A stretch of 64,000 nt of DNA from Vicinamibacterales bacterium (GTDB taxonomy: Bacteria > Acidobacteriota > Vicinamibacteria > Vicinamibacterales > 2-12-FULL-66-21). The stretch lies in NCBI GenBank assembly GCA_035463475.1, contig DATHTE010000133.1, positions 97,297 through 161,296 of the forward strand, read 5' to 3'. Under the pieces are notes generated by a model. The model did not search any database. It saw nothing but the letters and a program-made list of their open reading frames with translations, and had not been told where the DNA came from. How positions within the stretch are numbered: the first letter of the stretch is position 1; each line of letters begins with the position of its first letter. A program made the translations under genes and the position numbers. Shown here piece by piece: positions 1 to 10,300 of this stretch.

Positions 1-148
1 GAACAACGGCGGCCAGCGCCGCCAGCATGGTGAGCGTCAGTCGGGGGGCGGCCATTCGGCACCTCCACCCGGCATATCGGCAGGAACGGTGCCACGGCTG
101 ATGGGAGAAATGGTGTGAAAGTGGGCGAAACCAGCGCCTGGCGCTGTC

Positions 149-1456
149 CTATCTCCAGGGCATGAGGCGCTCGATCCACTGGACGCGCGTGAGGTCGTTG
201 TAAATGACGGTCACCATGAGCGCCATGAGCACCATGAAGCCCGCCAGCAGCAGCCGCTCCTTGGCGCGCACGCTGAAGTCGCGACGCGCGACCCCCTCGA
301 GCGCCATGATGGCGATGTGCCCCCCGTCGAGCACCGGGATCGGCATCAGGTTCAGCAGCCCGAGATTGAGCGAGATCATCGCCATGAGGTTGAGCAAGGG
401 GATCCAGCCCATTTCGGCCGCGCCCCCCGAGAGCTCCGCAATCCCGACGGGGCCCATCAACTGCCTCACCGAGGTCTCGCGCGTGAACAGGCCGGCGAGC
501 GTCGTGAAGATCAGACGCGTCCACTCCCAGTTCCGCTGGAAGCTCAGGCCGATGGCTTGAAAGAACGACGGTTCGATCGTGCGCAGCTCGAACGGGCTCA
601 GGTCCGCCCCGATGCGCCTGTTCACGGGAGTGACTGACACGTCCCGTACCTGCCCGTCGCGCCGGATCGTGAAGATGATCGGCTTTCCGTCGCGCGAGCG
701 GATGTGCCGGATCAGCTCGTCGTTCTGAAGTTCCTTCCGCCCGTCGGCGGCGAGGATGACGTCACCCTTCCGCAGCCCCGCGTTCGCCGCCGGTTCGCCG
801 GGCCTCACCGACATGATCTGCGGGAGCACGCGCGGCTGAACGCCGATGTCGCCGACTTCGTACTTGGTCTGGCCGATCGGCGTCACGTGAAAGCGGTGGC
901 GCCGGCCGTCGCGGACCGCGATGATCTCGACCTCCCGGCCCGCCTTCGGCAGGATCGCGAGGCTGTAGGCCTCCCAGTCCGGGACCTCGCGATCGTCGAT
1001 CTCGACAATCTGATCGCCGGGTCGCAGGCCGGCCGCTTCGGCGGGGGATTTCGGCAGGACCTTTCCGATGACGACCGGTTCGCTCTCGAACGCCGGAACG
1101 TCCGCGCCCTGGTAGAGCACGAACGCCATCACGACGACCGCGAGCACGAGGTTCATCGCGGGGCCCATGATGTAGACCAGGAACCGTTCCCACTTGCTCC
1201 GGGACAGGAACTCGTCGGGACGGCCGGTCAGCGACTCGTCCGGGTTTTCTCCCGCCATCTTCACGTATCCGCCGAGCGGGATGGCGCTGACCGCGTACTC
1301 GGTGTCACCCCGCCGAAACTTCAGCAGCTTCGGGCCGAAGCCGAGGGAAAACGTCAGCACACGCACGCCGATGCGGCGCGCCATCAGGAAATGTCCCAGC
1401 TCGTGCACGAAGACGAGCACTCCCAGGACCAGCAGAAACGCCCAGATAGTGGTCAT
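149..1456 (-). CDS. rseP: RIP zinc metalloprotease RseP (M50 site-2 protease with PDZ domain)
   Basis: 435-aa ORF; HELGHF (HExxH) in first TM helix, PDZ-like middle region, NLMPIPVLDGGH second motif; last gene of the conserved uppS-cdsA-dxr-rseP cluster. Confidence 0.92.
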   Translation of the reverse strand: MTTIWAFLLVLGVLVFVHELGHFLMARRIGVRVLTFSLGFGPKLLKFRRGDTEYAVSAIPLGGYVKMAGENPDESLTGRPDEFLSRSKWERFLVYIMGPAMNLVLAVVVMAFVLYQGADVPAFESEPVVIGKVLPKSPAEAAGLRPGDQIVEIDDREVPDWEAYSLAILPKAGREVEIIAVRDGRRHRFHVTPIGQTKYEVGDIGVQPRVLPQIMSVRPGEPAANAGLRKGDVILAADGRKELQNDELIRHIRSRDGKPIIFTIRRDGQVRDVSVTPVNRRIGADLSPFELRTIEPSFFQAIGLSFQRNWEWTRLIFTTLAGLFTRETSVRQLMGPVGIAELSGGAAEMGWIPLLNLMAMISLNLGLLNLMPIPVLDGGHIAIMALEGVARRDFSVRAKERLLLAGFMVLMALMVTVIYNDLTRVQWIERLMPWR

Positions 1457-1471
1457 AACCCTCGATCAATT

Positions 1472-2674
1472 CTAGCAAGCCTCGGGACGCCCGCCGGTCT
1501 GGGCCTCTGCGAGGAGCTCTTCGGCCCGGGCGCGGGCCCAGGCATCGGCCTCGCGGACGTCGGTCAGGGATTTGACGTCCACGGCGGGCCGGCGTTCCGC
1601 GTCTTCGATCGCGCGCTCGATCAGGCGCGGAATTCCGGTAAACGGCAGGCGATGCGCCAGAAACGCCCTGGCGGCCACCTCGTTGGCGGCGTTCAGCACG
1701 ATGGGCAGCGCACCGCCGTCGCGCAGCGCGCGGAACGCCAGCGCGAGGCACGGGAAGCGGTGCGGATCCGGGGGCAGAAAGTCCAGTCGCCCGGCCCGTG
1801 TGAGGTCGAGACGTTCGAGTGTGCCGTCCCAGCGCTCGGGATACGAAAACGCATACTGGATGGGCAGCCGCATGTCCGTCACGCCGAGCTGCGCGAGCAC
1901 GGATCCGTCTTTCAGCTCGACCATCGAGTGCACGATCGACTGCGGGTGCACGACCACATCAATCCGCCCCGCCGGCACGTCGAACAGCCAGTGCGCCTCG
2001 ATCACCTCGAGCCCTTTGTTCATCAGGGTCGCCGAATCGACCGTGATCTTGGGCCCCATCCGCCACGTCGGGTGGCGCAGCGCGTCCTCCGGCGTCACGC
2101 GCTCGAGCTCCTGGTCGGAGAGCGTGCGGAACGGCCCGCCGGAAGCCGTCAGGATCAGCCGTTCGACGTCGCGTGGGTCGCGGCCGTGCAGGCACTGGTG
2201 GATGGCGTTGTGTTCGCTGTCAACCGGGAGGATCCGCACGTCGCGCCGTCGCGCCGCCTCGGTCACGACGAAACCCGCCATGACCAGCACTTCCTTGTTG
2301 GCCAGCGCAACGGTCTTCCCAGCTTCGATCGCGGCGAGCACCGCGTCGAGACCAGCGGTGCCCGAGGACGCGAAGAGAACGATGTCCACGTCGGGGTGCG
2401 TCGCGACGGCCACCAGTCCCTCGGCGCCGTGCGCCGTGACGTCGAAGCGGGCGCCGGCGGGCATCCCGTTTCGCGCTTCGGCGAGGGCCGCGCGGCTGGC
2501 CATCGCGATGGCCCGCGGGTGGAAGCGCTGAACCTGCGAGACGAACAGCGGCGCATTCACGCCGGCCGCGAGCCCCACCACCTCGACGCGATCGGGATAC
2601 GCCTCGGCGACCGCCAGCGCGCTGCGGCCGATCGATCCGGTCGAGCCGAGAATCGCGACGCGCTTCCGTGTCAT
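1472..2674 (-). CDS. dxr: 1-deoxy-D-xylulose 5-phosphate reductoisomerase
   Basis: C-terminal 400 codons of the 685-aa track ORF; start set at ATG 2674 (MTRKRVAILGSTGSIGRS), overlapping the cdsA stop as ATGA; GSTGSIG NADPH motif, DSEHNA and HPTWRMG motifs; upstream part of the track ORF is Arg/Pro-rich GC artefact overlapping cdsA. Confidence 0.93.
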   Translation of the reverse strand: MTRKRVAILGSTGSIGRSALAVAEAYPDRVEVVGLAAGVNAPLFVSQVQRFHPRAIAMASRAALAEARNGMPAGARFDVTAHGAEGLVAVATHPDVDIVLFASSGTAGLDAVLAAIEAGKTVALANKEVLVMAGFVVTEAARRRDVRILPVDSEHNAIHQCLHGRDPRDVERLILTASGGPFRTLSDQELERVTPEDALRHPTWRMGPKITVDSATLMNKGLEVIEAHWLFDVPAGRIDVVVHPQSIVHSMVELKDGSVLAQLGVTDMRLPIQYAFSYPERWDGTLERLDLTRAGRLDFLPPDPHRFPCLALAFRALRDGGALPIVLNAANEVAARAFLAHRLPFTGIPRLIERAIEDAERRPAVDVKSLTDVREADAWARARAEELLAEAQTGGRPEAC

Positions 2675-3465
2675 GCGCGCATCACCGCGTACCTGAGGAA
2701 CACGTAATAGACGGGCGCGGCGAAGAGCCAGCTGTCGATGCGGTCCAGCAGACCGCCGTGCCCGGGAATCAGCCCGGAACTGTCTTTCACGCCGGCGCTG
2801 CGCTTCAGCAGCGACTCGAACAGATCGCCGACGATGCCGAGCGCCACGAGCGCGGCGCCGAGCAGCGCGAGCGAGAGCGGCGCGATGCCCGGCAGCCAGT
2901 AAAGTCCGAGCGCCACCGACGCCGCGGTGCCCGCGACCAGCCCGCCGATCGCCCCTTCCACCGTCTTCTTCGGGCTGATCGACGGCGACAGCAGCCGCCG
3001 GCCGAGCGCGCGACCGGCATAGTACTGCCCCGTGTCGCTGATGACGATGATCGCGATGAGCACGAGGACCGCCTCGCGGCTCACCGACGCCCGCACGGCG
3101 ACGAGCGCGCCGATCGGCACGCCCAGGTAGATCAGCGGGAACAGGCTCGCCGCCGCTTCCCGCAGCCGCGCCGCGTCGGGCTGACCCGAGCCGACCGTCA
3201 GCCCTCCGACGACGATCAGCGCCGAAATGAAGACGACGTCGAGCGGCGAGCCGGGCGTGGCCATCGCGATGGCCGTGGCCGCGGTCGCCACGAGCGAAAC
3301 GAGGAGGTACACCGGAGCGCCGAGGCGCGCCGCGAGGTCGGCGTACTCGAAGAAGGCGACCACGAGCGCCGCGAGCGCGAGGAGCAGCGTCGCTATCGGA
3401 GGTAGGAACCAGATGGTGCCGAGGACGATCGGCAGCAGGACGAGCGCGCTCAGAACGCGGACCAT
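2671..3465 (-). CDS. cdsA: phosphatidate cytidylyltransferase
   Basis: 264-aa polytopic membrane ORF; C-terminal signature SLLKRSAGVKDSSGLIPGHGGLLDRIDS; position between uppS and dxr. Confidence 0.9.
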   Translation of the reverse strand: MVRVLSALVLLPIVLGTIWFLPPIATLLLALAALVVAFFEYADLAARLGAPVYLLVSLVATAATAIAMATPGSPLDVVFISALIVVGGLTVGSGQPDAARLREAAASLFPLIYLGVPIGALVAVRASVSREAVLVLIAIIVISDTGQYYAGRALGRRLLSPSISPKKTVEGAIGGLVAGTAASVALGLYWLPGIAPLSLALLGAALVALGIVGDLFESLLKRSAGVKDSSGLIPGHGGLLDRIDSWLFAAPVYYVFLRYAVMRA

Positions 3466-3491
3466 CGTCAGGAGGGGGCAGATCCGACCCC

Positions 3492-4316
3492 CTATCGCCC
3501 GGCCACCACGGGCTGCGGGATGCCGCCATACCGGCGCTCGCGCTTCTGATAGGCGAGGATCGCCTCCAGCAGGTGACGCTTGCGGAAGTCCGGCCAGAGC
3601 GTCTCGGTGACCCAGATCTCCGAGTACGCGATCTGCCAGAGCAGGAAGTTGCTGACGCGCATCTCGCCGCTCGTGCGGATGAGCAGGTCCGGATCCGGCT
3701 GGCCGGAGGTGTAGAGCAGGCTCGAGATCCGCGGCTCGTCGATCTCGTCGGCGCGGAGTCCGTCCGCGATCGCGCGCTTCACGGCGTCCACGATCTCCGC
3801 GCGCCCGCCGTAGTTGAGCGCGATGTTGAAGAGCATGCCCGTGCAGGCGGCGGTCTTCTGCTGCCCGCTTTCGAGCTCGGCGCGCACGTCCGGCGCGAGA
3901 TCCTCGGGGCGGCCGATCACGTTGAACCGGATGTTGTTGCGCAGCAGCGTGTTCAGCTCGAGCCGGAGATACCGCTTGAGCAGCATCATCAGCGTTGACA
4001 CTTCCGTCGCGGGGCGCTTCCAGTTCTCGACCGAGAACGCATACAGCGTCAGGACGCGGACACCGAGGCGCGCCGACGACTCGACCACGTCACGGACCGA
4101 GTCGATGCCCGCGCGGTGCCCTTCGACCCGCGGCAGGTGGCGCTGGGCCGCCCAGCGACCGTTCCCGTCCATGATGATCGCGACATGTCGGGGAAGCCGG
4201 TCGAAGTTGACCTGCCGCACCAGCGCCTCCTCGGCTGAGCCGGGAGGGCAGACGGACAGGATGTCATCAAAGGACATGAGGCGGTTTCGAGACGCTAAAT
4301 ATTGATCATACCGCAC
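3492..4316 (-). CDS. uppS: isoprenyl transferase (undecaprenyl diphosphate synthase)
   Basis: HVAIIMDGNGRWA motif and RTSGE..SNFLLWQ motif; alternative start at ATG 4277 (MSFDDIL) possible. Confidence 0.9.
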   Translation of the reverse strand: MRYDQYLASRNRLMSFDDILSVCPPGSAEEALVRQVNFDRLPRHVAIIMDGNGRWAAQRHLPRVEGHRAGIDSVRDVVESSARLGVRVLTLYAFSVENWKRPATEVSTLMMLLKRYLRLELNTLLRNNIRFNVIGRPEDLAPDVRAELESGQQKTAACTGMLFNIALNYGGRAEIVDAVKRAIADGLRADEIDEPRISSLLYTSGQPDPDLLIRTSGEMRVSNFLLWQIAYSEIWVTETLWPDFRKRHLLEAILAYQKRERRYGGIPQPVVAGR

Positions 4317-4364
4317 TTAGCGGCGTGCGATCCCTCATACTTTGCACGACAAAGTGCCTGCGCG

Positions 4365-5099
4365 TCAATAGTCGACCGAAACGAGGAAAAGCCCGCGCGC
4401 CGGTGCCGTAGGCCCCGCCCGCGAACGGTCGCGCGAGGCGAGAACGTCGATCACCCATTCGGGGCGTGCGCGTCCCGCACCCACTTCCACCAGCGTCCCC
4501 ACGATCGCGCGCGCCATGTGACGCAGGAACCCGTCGGCGGTCGCGACGACGGAGAGGCGCGGCTCGCTGAAGCTGACGTCAAGCACCGACAGGTCGCGCT
4601 CCGTCGCCCTGACGTCGCTGCCCGCGGCCCGGAATGCCGCGAAATCGTGGCGCCCCACGAGCGCGCGCGCGGCCGCCCGCATCGCGGGCACGTCGAGCGG
4701 CTGCGGCACGTGCCAGGCATAGCGGTGCTCGAACGCCGAGACGAACGGCGCGTTCACGATGCGGTACTCGTAGGTCTTGGACCGCGCGGAGAAGCGCGCG
4801 TGGAACGTGTCTGCGACGCGGCGGGCATCGACGACGCGCACCTCCGGCGGCAAGGCCGCGTTCAGCGCGCGCTGCAGCGTCTGGTCGTCGAGGGAGGTGG
4901 TCAGCGCCACGCTGGCGACCTGCCCGAGCGCATGGACGCCCGCATCCGTGCGCCCGGCGCCGATGACGGTGACCGGCGCTCCTTCGATCGGTTCGAGCGC
5001 CTGTTCGATCAGTCCCTGGATCGACGTCCCGGCCGCCTGGCGCTGCCAGCCGACGTAACTCGTTCCGTCATACTGAAGAGTGAGTTTGACGGTTGGCAC
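4365..5099 (-). CDS. truA: tRNA pseudouridine(38-40) synthase
   Basis: 244 aa; YDGTSYVGWQRQ and GAGRTDAGVHA catalytic-Asp motif. Confidence 0.9.
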   Translation of the reverse strand: MPTVKLTLQYDGTSYVGWQRQAAGTSIQGLIEQALEPIEGAPVTVIGAGRTDAGVHALGQVASVALTTSLDDQTLQRALNAALPPEVRVVDARRVADTFHARFSARSKTYEYRIVNAPFVSAFEHRYAWHVPQPLDVPAMRAAARALVGRHDFAAFRAAGSDVRATERDLSVLDVSFSEPRLSVVATADGFLRHMARAIVGTLVEVGAGRARPEWVIDVLASRDRSRAGPTAPARGLFLVSVDY

Positions 5100-5100
5100 G

Positions 5101-5667
5101 TCAGGCGCGGGATCCCGGCTTCACGACGGGTTCGCCGGCGGCGCACAGCGGACAGGCTTCCGGCTGGTGCGTGGGAAGGACGTACTCGACCAGCGCGACG
5201 AACGGCACGTCGAGGCCGTGCCCATGGCTGCGGTTGATGATCGCGGCGGCCCCGGTCACGCGCGCACCGGCCGCGCGCGCGACGTCCATGGTTTCGCGGG
5301 TCGAGAGTCCCGTCGTGAACACGTCTTCGACGACGAGCACGCGTTCGCCGGGACCGAGCGCGAAGCCTCGGCGCAGCGTCATCGCGCCTTCCTGCCGCTC
5401 GGCGAAGATCGCGCGCACGCCCAGCGCGCGGGCCACCTCGTGGCCGATGACGATGCCGCCCATCGCGGGCGACAGCACCGCCTCGATGTCCAGGTGCCGG
5501 ACTTTGTCCGCCAGCGCCCGCCCGAGCGCTTCAGCGGCAGGCGGGTCCTGCAGCACCAGCGCGCACTGCAGGTACCCCGGGCTGTGCAGCCCCGACGAGA
5601 GCCGGAAATGCCCCTCGAGCAGCGCGCCCGACCGGCGGAACAGATTCAGGACCTCGTCGGGATGCAT
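5101..5667 (-). CDS. pyrE: orotate phosphoribosyltransferase
   Basis: 188 aa; GHFRLSSGLHS N-terminus and PRPP-binding VLVVEDVFTTGLST motif. Confidence 0.85.
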   Translation of the reverse strand: MHPDEVLNLFRRSGALLEGHFRLSSGLHSPGYLQCALVLQDPPAAEALGRALADKVRHLDIEAVLSPAMGGIVIGHEVARALGVRAIFAERQEGAMTLRRGFALGPGERVLVVEDVFTTGLSTRETMDVARAAGARVTGAAAIINRSHGHGLDVPFVALVEYVLPTHQPEACPLCAAGEPVVKPGSRA

Positions 5668-5669
5668 GG

Positions 5670-5717
5670 CCTTCTGCCTTCTACCTTCTGCCTTCTACCT
5701 TCTGCCCTCTATTCTCC
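5670..5717. repeat. tandem heptamer array (CCTTCTG/CCTTCTA) x6-7; minus-strand reading CAGAAGG/TAGAAGG
   Basis: Read directly: ccttctg ccttcta ccttctg ccttcta ccttctg ccctcta ttctcc; spans the peptidase stop codon (5695-5697) and ends 2 nt before the pyrE ATG. Confidence 0.9.
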
Positions 5718-8196
5718 TCAGGTTCTTCTCGAACAGGTTGAGGATCCGCTTGTATTCGTCCGCCCAGCTGGTGGCTTCCGTGAAGCCATGATTCTCGACG
5801 GGATACACCGCCAGTTCCCAGTTCTCCTTGCGCAGTTCGATCAGCCGCTGCGCGAGCCGCACCGAGTCCTGGAAGAACACGTTGGTGTCCACCATGCCGT
5901 GGCAGATGAGCAGCGCGCCCCTCAGCCCCTCGGCGAAATAGATCGGCGAGCTGCGCTTGTACGCCTCGGCGTCTTCCTGCGGCAGGTTGAGGATGTTGGC
6001 CGTGTAGCCGTGGGCGTAGTGCGCCCAATCGGTCACCGGCCGCAGTGCGGCGCCGGCGGCGAACACGTCCGGCGTCGTGAACATCGCCATCAGCGTGATG
6101 AAGCCGCCGTAGCTGCCGCCATACAGCCCGATGCGGCGCGGGTTCACACCCTGACGCGCGGCGAGGTACTTCGCGCCGTCCACGATGTCGTCGAGGTCCT
6201 TGCCTCCCATGTGCCGGTAGATGGCCGTACGCCAGTCGCGTCCGTAGCCCGCGCTGGCGCGGTAGTCGACGTCGAGCACGACGTAGCCTCGCGAGGCGAG
6301 CAGGTTGTGGAACATGTACTCGCGGTAGTACGTGGACCAGTACTTGTGCGCGTTCTGCAGGTAGCCGGCGCCGTGCACGAACACCACGCCCGGGCGGGCG
6401 GGATCCGGCTTCGCGCCGATCATCTCCGGCCGATACAGCCGCGCGTACACCTCCGCGCCGTCGCGCGCCGTGAACGTGACCAGCTGAGGATCGATCCATT
6501 TGAACGCCCGCCACTCCGGCGCGGGTGTGGTCGTGACCTGCGTAGCAGTGGCGCCGGCCCGGTTCGGCATCAGGAACACTTCCGGCGGGCGTGTCGCAGA
6601 CGAGTGGAGGACGGCGAGCGTCGATCCGTCGGGCGACACCTCCGCATGGTTCGCGCCCGTCATGGTCGTGATCCGCGTCCGGCGTCCGCCGTCGATCGGC
6701 ACCGAGTACACGTGACGCTCCCCCGGGTGCTGCTCGGTCGAGGTGAGGTAGAAGGTCGTCCCGTCCGCCGAGAGCGAGACGTTCTCGACCTCGAACTTGC
6801 CCTCGGTGATCTGCACCGCGCGCGGCGTGGGCGCCGTTACGTCGAGCGTGAACAAGTGCATCCAGCCGTCGCGCTCGGAGAGGAAGGAGAGCCGCCGCCC
6901 GTCCTCCAGGAACTGCGCGGTGGGCGCCGTAGATCGGAAGCCTCCTCCCCCGTCGCGGATCCAGGCCGGATCGTGGGCATGCTCCAGCACACGCGCCTTG
7001 CCCGTCCCAGGGTCCACCTCGACGATCCAGCGGTCCTTGTTGTCGGTCGCGCGCGCCGACGCGACCGCGTGCCCGCCGTCGGACGAGACGTCGGGCATCG
7101 TCCAGCGCACCTCGCGAGCCGCCGCCTTGCTCTTTTCCGCGGCGCGATCGGACGGCTGCGGCTGGCTCGGACCGCGCGACGTTCCCGGCTCGGACGTGGT
7201 GTCCTGTTTCCCCGCCGCCGCAAACGATGCGTCGGCCCAGACGCTCTTTCCCGACTTGAGGTTCAGCACCGCGAGGGAGCGCTTCTCCTGAGCGTCACCC
7301 ACGTTCGTGCGACCCGGAATCATCTCGGTGTACGAAGACTCGGTGACGTAGGCCGGGATCTCTTCACGCTTCGCGCCCTGCGGGCGTTCCGAGACGAGGA
7401 TGAAGACGTGCTCGTCGTCCGGGGACAGCAACAGGTCGATCGCGCTCTGCCCGTCGCGCAACTCGAATTTCGGCAGCGCCGCCCGCTCGTCCCGCTCCTC
7501 CGTCTTCTTTCTCTGTTCCGCTTCTTCACGAACGTGCTCGATCAGCTTCTGTTCCTCGTCGCGGAGGTACTTCTGGCTGTCGGTCACGCGCGGCTCCGCC
7601 TTGCGCGGCGCGACGTCGGTCAGCTGCACGAGCAAGCCGCCGCTCTGGTTCGCCGACGCCGGTACGATGAAGAGGTTCCCGCCGCGCGTGAACGTGACGT
7701 GGGTCTCCTTCCGGGCCCAGCGCGGGTTCGACTCGGCATCCGTCGTCCGGGTCATTTGCGTTCGCGTGCCGGCGATGGTGTCCACGAGCACGACGTCGCC
7801 TCGATCGATGAACAGCACCCGTCGGCGCTCGCGGTCCCAGCGGCCGCCCGACGCGGGAGGCGCGAGCTTTCGCCCGTCGTCGGTCAGCTTCGCCAGCCCC
7901 GCACCGTCGCTCCCGACCACCCAGGTCGAATACTCGTCTTCACCTGGAAGCCGGCGCTCGAAGTACACGCGCCTCGAGTCTCCCGACCACCTCAGGCCGA
8001 TCGGCGGGTATCCCACGAGCTCCGGACCACGCATGATGCTGTCGATCGTGAGATTGAGCGCAGGCACGCGGACCGGGGCAGCAGCCTGGGGCGGCACCCG
8101 CTCCGAGGGTCCCCGTGCCGCGGGCGCCGAGGAGAGCGCGAGGGCCAGCGCGGGCGCAAGTGCATATCGGTGAAGGAGCTGGCGGGATCGAACCAT
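5695..8196 (-). CDS. S9 family serine peptidase (prolyl oligopeptidase / DPP-like, beta-propeller + alpha/beta hydrolase)
   Basis: 833 aa with signal-peptide-like N-terminus; GGSYGG nucleophile elbow, C-terminal hydrolase fold motifs (HGMVDTNV). Confidence 0.85.
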   Translation of the reverse strand: MVRSRQLLHRYALAPALALALSSAPAARGPSERVPPQAAAPVRVPALNLTIDSIMRGPELVGYPPIGLRWSGDSRRVYFERRLPGEDEYSTWVVGSDGAGLAKLTDDGRKLAPPASGGRWDRERRRVLFIDRGDVVLVDTIAGTRTQMTRTTDAESNPRWARKETHVTFTRGGNLFIVPASANQSGGLLVQLTDVAPRKAEPRVTDSQKYLRDEEQKLIEHVREEAEQRKKTEERDERAALPKFELRDGQSAIDLLLSPDDEHVFILVSERPQGAKREEIPAYVTESSYTEMIPGRTNVGDAQEKRSLAVLNLKSGKSVWADASFAAAGKQDTTSEPGTSRGPSQPQPSDRAAEKSKAAAREVRWTMPDVSSDGGHAVASARATDNKDRWIVEVDPGTGKARVLEHAHDPAWIRDGGGGFRSTAPTAQFLEDGRRLSFLSERDGWMHLFTLDVTAPTPRAVQITEGKFEVENVSLSADGTTFYLTSTEQHPGERHVYSVPIDGGRRTRITTMTGANHAEVSPDGSTLAVLHSSATRPPEVFLMPNRAGATATQVTTTPAPEWRAFKWIDPQLVTFTARDGAEVYARLYRPEMIGAKPDPARPGVVFVHGAGYLQNAHKYWSTYYREYMFHNLLASRGYVVLDVDYRASAGYGRDWRTAIYRHMGGKDLDDIVDGAKYLAARQGVNPRRIGLYGGSYGGFITLMAMFTTPDVFAAGAALRPVTDWAHYAHGYTANILNLPQEDAEAYKRSSPIYFAEGLRGALLICHGMVDTNVFFQDSVRLAQRLIELRKENWELAVYPVENHGFTEATSWADEYKRILNLFEKNLRRIEGRR

Positions 8197-8319
8197 GGCG
8201 GGAAGTATACAATCGGGAAACTCTGGCGGTCGCCAATCCGTCTTTACTTGGCGGGGCTGGATCTTTGCTTCGATCGCGGTCGAAGGGTTCCTTCCGCAAT
8301 TTCCCTGGAGAGAGGCACG

Positions 8320-9993
8320 ATGAGTTTTATCCGCAGTTTTTCGGGCCGCGCTCGTCTTGCGGCGGCGGGCGTGGCGTTCGGGGCGCTGTTCGCTTCAGGA
8401 ACGGCGCTGTCTGAAGCCGGACAGGCGGCGCCGGCGCAGCCCGCCGGGCAGCCGGTGGCGCAGACGCCGACGAGCCCGGAGACCGGCCCGGTTCGACGCT
8501 TCAGCGTGGACGAGGCCGTCACCATGGCGCTGGAGCACAACCTGAACCTCCGAGCCGAGCGGCTCAACCCGCAGATCCAGGACCTCGGCATCGCGCAGGC
8601 GAGGGCCGCCTTCACGCCGAGCTTCTTCACGACCATTCGCACGAGCAGCGACGAGTCGCCGCCGGAGAGCTTCCTTTCGGGAAGCGGCAACACGATCACG
8701 GACGAGCGGTTCTCGTCCAACCTTGGCGTCCGCCAGCAGCTCCCCTGGGGAGGCGGCAGCTACCAGGTGAGCTGGGCGGGATCGCGGCGGGAAACCACGG
8801 GCTTCACCAGCTTCAACCCGCAGCTTGGGTCGAATCTCGACGCCCAGATCACGCAGCCGCTGCTGCGGAACTTCAGGATCGACTCGCTGCGGCAGCAGCT
8901 CCTGCTGAACACCAAGCAGCGTGAAATCGCCGACGTGCAGCTCCGGGAGGCCGTGGCGCAGACGACGCGGACGGTGCGCAACGCGTACTGGGACCTCGTC
9001 GCCGCCGTCGCGAACCACCAGGTGCAGCTCCAGTCGCTCGAGCTCGCGCGTGAGTCGCTGCGCAACAACCGCACGCGCGTCGAGGTCGGCACGATGGCGC
9101 CGATCGACATCGTCGAGGCGGAGGCGGAAGTCGCGCGCAACGAAGAAGCAGTGATCGTGTCCGAGGCGAACATCCGGTCGTTCGAGGACCGGTTGCGCGC
9201 GCTCATCGCCGACCCGACGCAGCCGGACTTCTGGTCGATGCGGATCGAGCCGACGGACCAGCCGGTGATGACGCCGCCGAAGCCCATCGACCTGGACGCC
9301 GCCGTGAGGAACGCGCTGGACAACCGTACGGACATCATCCAGACGCGCAAGCAGCTGGAGAGCGCCGACATCAACATCCGCTACTTCACCAACCAGCGGC
9401 TGCCGGACGTGAACCTCGAGGCCGCGTACGGGCTGACGGGCCTCGGCGGCACGGAGTACGAGTTCGATCGGACCGGAGGGTTCCCACCGCCAATCATCGG
9501 GCGGACGAACCGCAGCTTCCAGTCGGTGTTGAGCGACGTGTTCCGCAACCAGTTCCCCTCGTGGACCCTGGGCGTGTCGGTCGGCTATCCGATCGGGCGC
9601 AGCCAGGCCGAGGCGGGGCTCGCGCGCGCGCGGCTCGAGAACACCCGGGCGCGAACGTCGCTGGCGAACCTGCAGCTGCAGGTGACGACGTCGGTGCGCG
9701 AGGCGGCGCGGCAGGTGAACACGAACCTGAAGCGCGTGCAGGCGACGCAGGTGGCGCGGGGACTCGCCGAGCAGCGTCTCGCCGCCGAGCAGAAGAAGTT
9801 CAACGTCGGCATGTCCACGACGTTCATCGTCTTCCAGGCGCAGCGCGAGCTGACGAACGCGCGCAACAACGAGCTGCGCGCGATCATCGACTACAACCGC
9901 TCGATCGTTGATTTCGAGGCGATCCAGCAGATACCGCTGGGCGGGAGCGCGTCGGTGAACGTGGCGAGTACTGGAACCGCGGGCGTGCGGTAA
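8320..9993 (+). CDS. TolC-family outer membrane efflux protein
   Basis: Last 557 codons of the 1637-aa track ORF; start at ATG 8320 (MSFIRSFSGRARLAAAGVAFGALFASG signal peptide) preceded by GGAGAGAGG; two repeated coiled-coil/beta-barrel halves typical of OEP family. Confidence 0.85.
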   Translation: MSFIRSFSGRARLAAAGVAFGALFASGTALSEAGQAAPAQPAGQPVAQTPTSPETGPVRRFSVDEAVTMALEHNLNLRAERLNPQIQDLGIAQARAAFTPSFFTTIRTSSDESPPESFLSGSGNTITDERFSSNLGVRQQLPWGGGSYQVSWAGSRRETTGFTSFNPQLGSNLDAQITQPLLRNFRIDSLRQQLLLNTKQREIADVQLREAVAQTTRTVRNAYWDLVAAVANHQVQLQSLELARESLRNNRTRVEVGTMAPIDIVEAEAEVARNEEAVIVSEANIRSFEDRLRALIADPTQPDFWSMRIEPTDQPVMTPPKPIDLDAAVRNALDNRTDIIQTRKQLESADINIRYFTNQRLPDVNLEAAYGLTGLGGTEYEFDRTGGFPPPIIGRTNRSFQSVLSDVFRNQFPSWTLGVSVGYPIGRSQAEAGLARARLENTRARTSLANLQLQVTTSVREAARQVNTNLKRVQATQVARGLAEQRLAAEQKKFNVGMSTTFIVFQAQRELTNARNNELRAIIDYNRSIVDFEAIQQIPLGGSASVNVASTGTAGVR

Positions 9994-10300
9994 GCCGCAG
10001 AGGACGCCTGGGAGGTGCACGGGACGCGGGCACGGCGCGCTGGTGACGCGCGGACCACGATGCTCAGACATAGACGAAACGGGTGTACAGGGCGGCGTCC
10101 ACGCCGGCCGTGATCCCTAAATAGCTGAGCGATAAGGGATTCTGCGCATTCTCCGCGCTGCTCGTTTGCAACCATAGGGGCAGGCCGCGTGAGCCGCCCG
10201 TCAGCCACCACGTCCGCACCAAGCGAACGGTCAGCTGGACGACGAAGTCCAAAGCCTTCATCCAGTCGATGACCTGTGCGCGACAATCGGGTTCTCCGCC

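Noticed and set aside
1-55. Possible start of a minus-strand gene (ATG at 55-53: MAAPRLTLTMLAALAAVV...) running off the window
   Set aside because: Only 18 codons are visible. It is signal-peptide-like and could be the gene downstream of rseP (bamA is common there), but this is not supportable from such a fragment.
5080-8319. First 1080 codons of the 1637-aa plus-strand track ORF
   Set aside because: Arg/Gly/Asp/Pro-rich translation with no recognisable motifs. It runs antisense to well-supported pyrE and S9 peptidase genes. This is a typical long shadow ORF of GC-rich DNA, and only the last 557 codons (TolC-like, from ATG 8320) are real.
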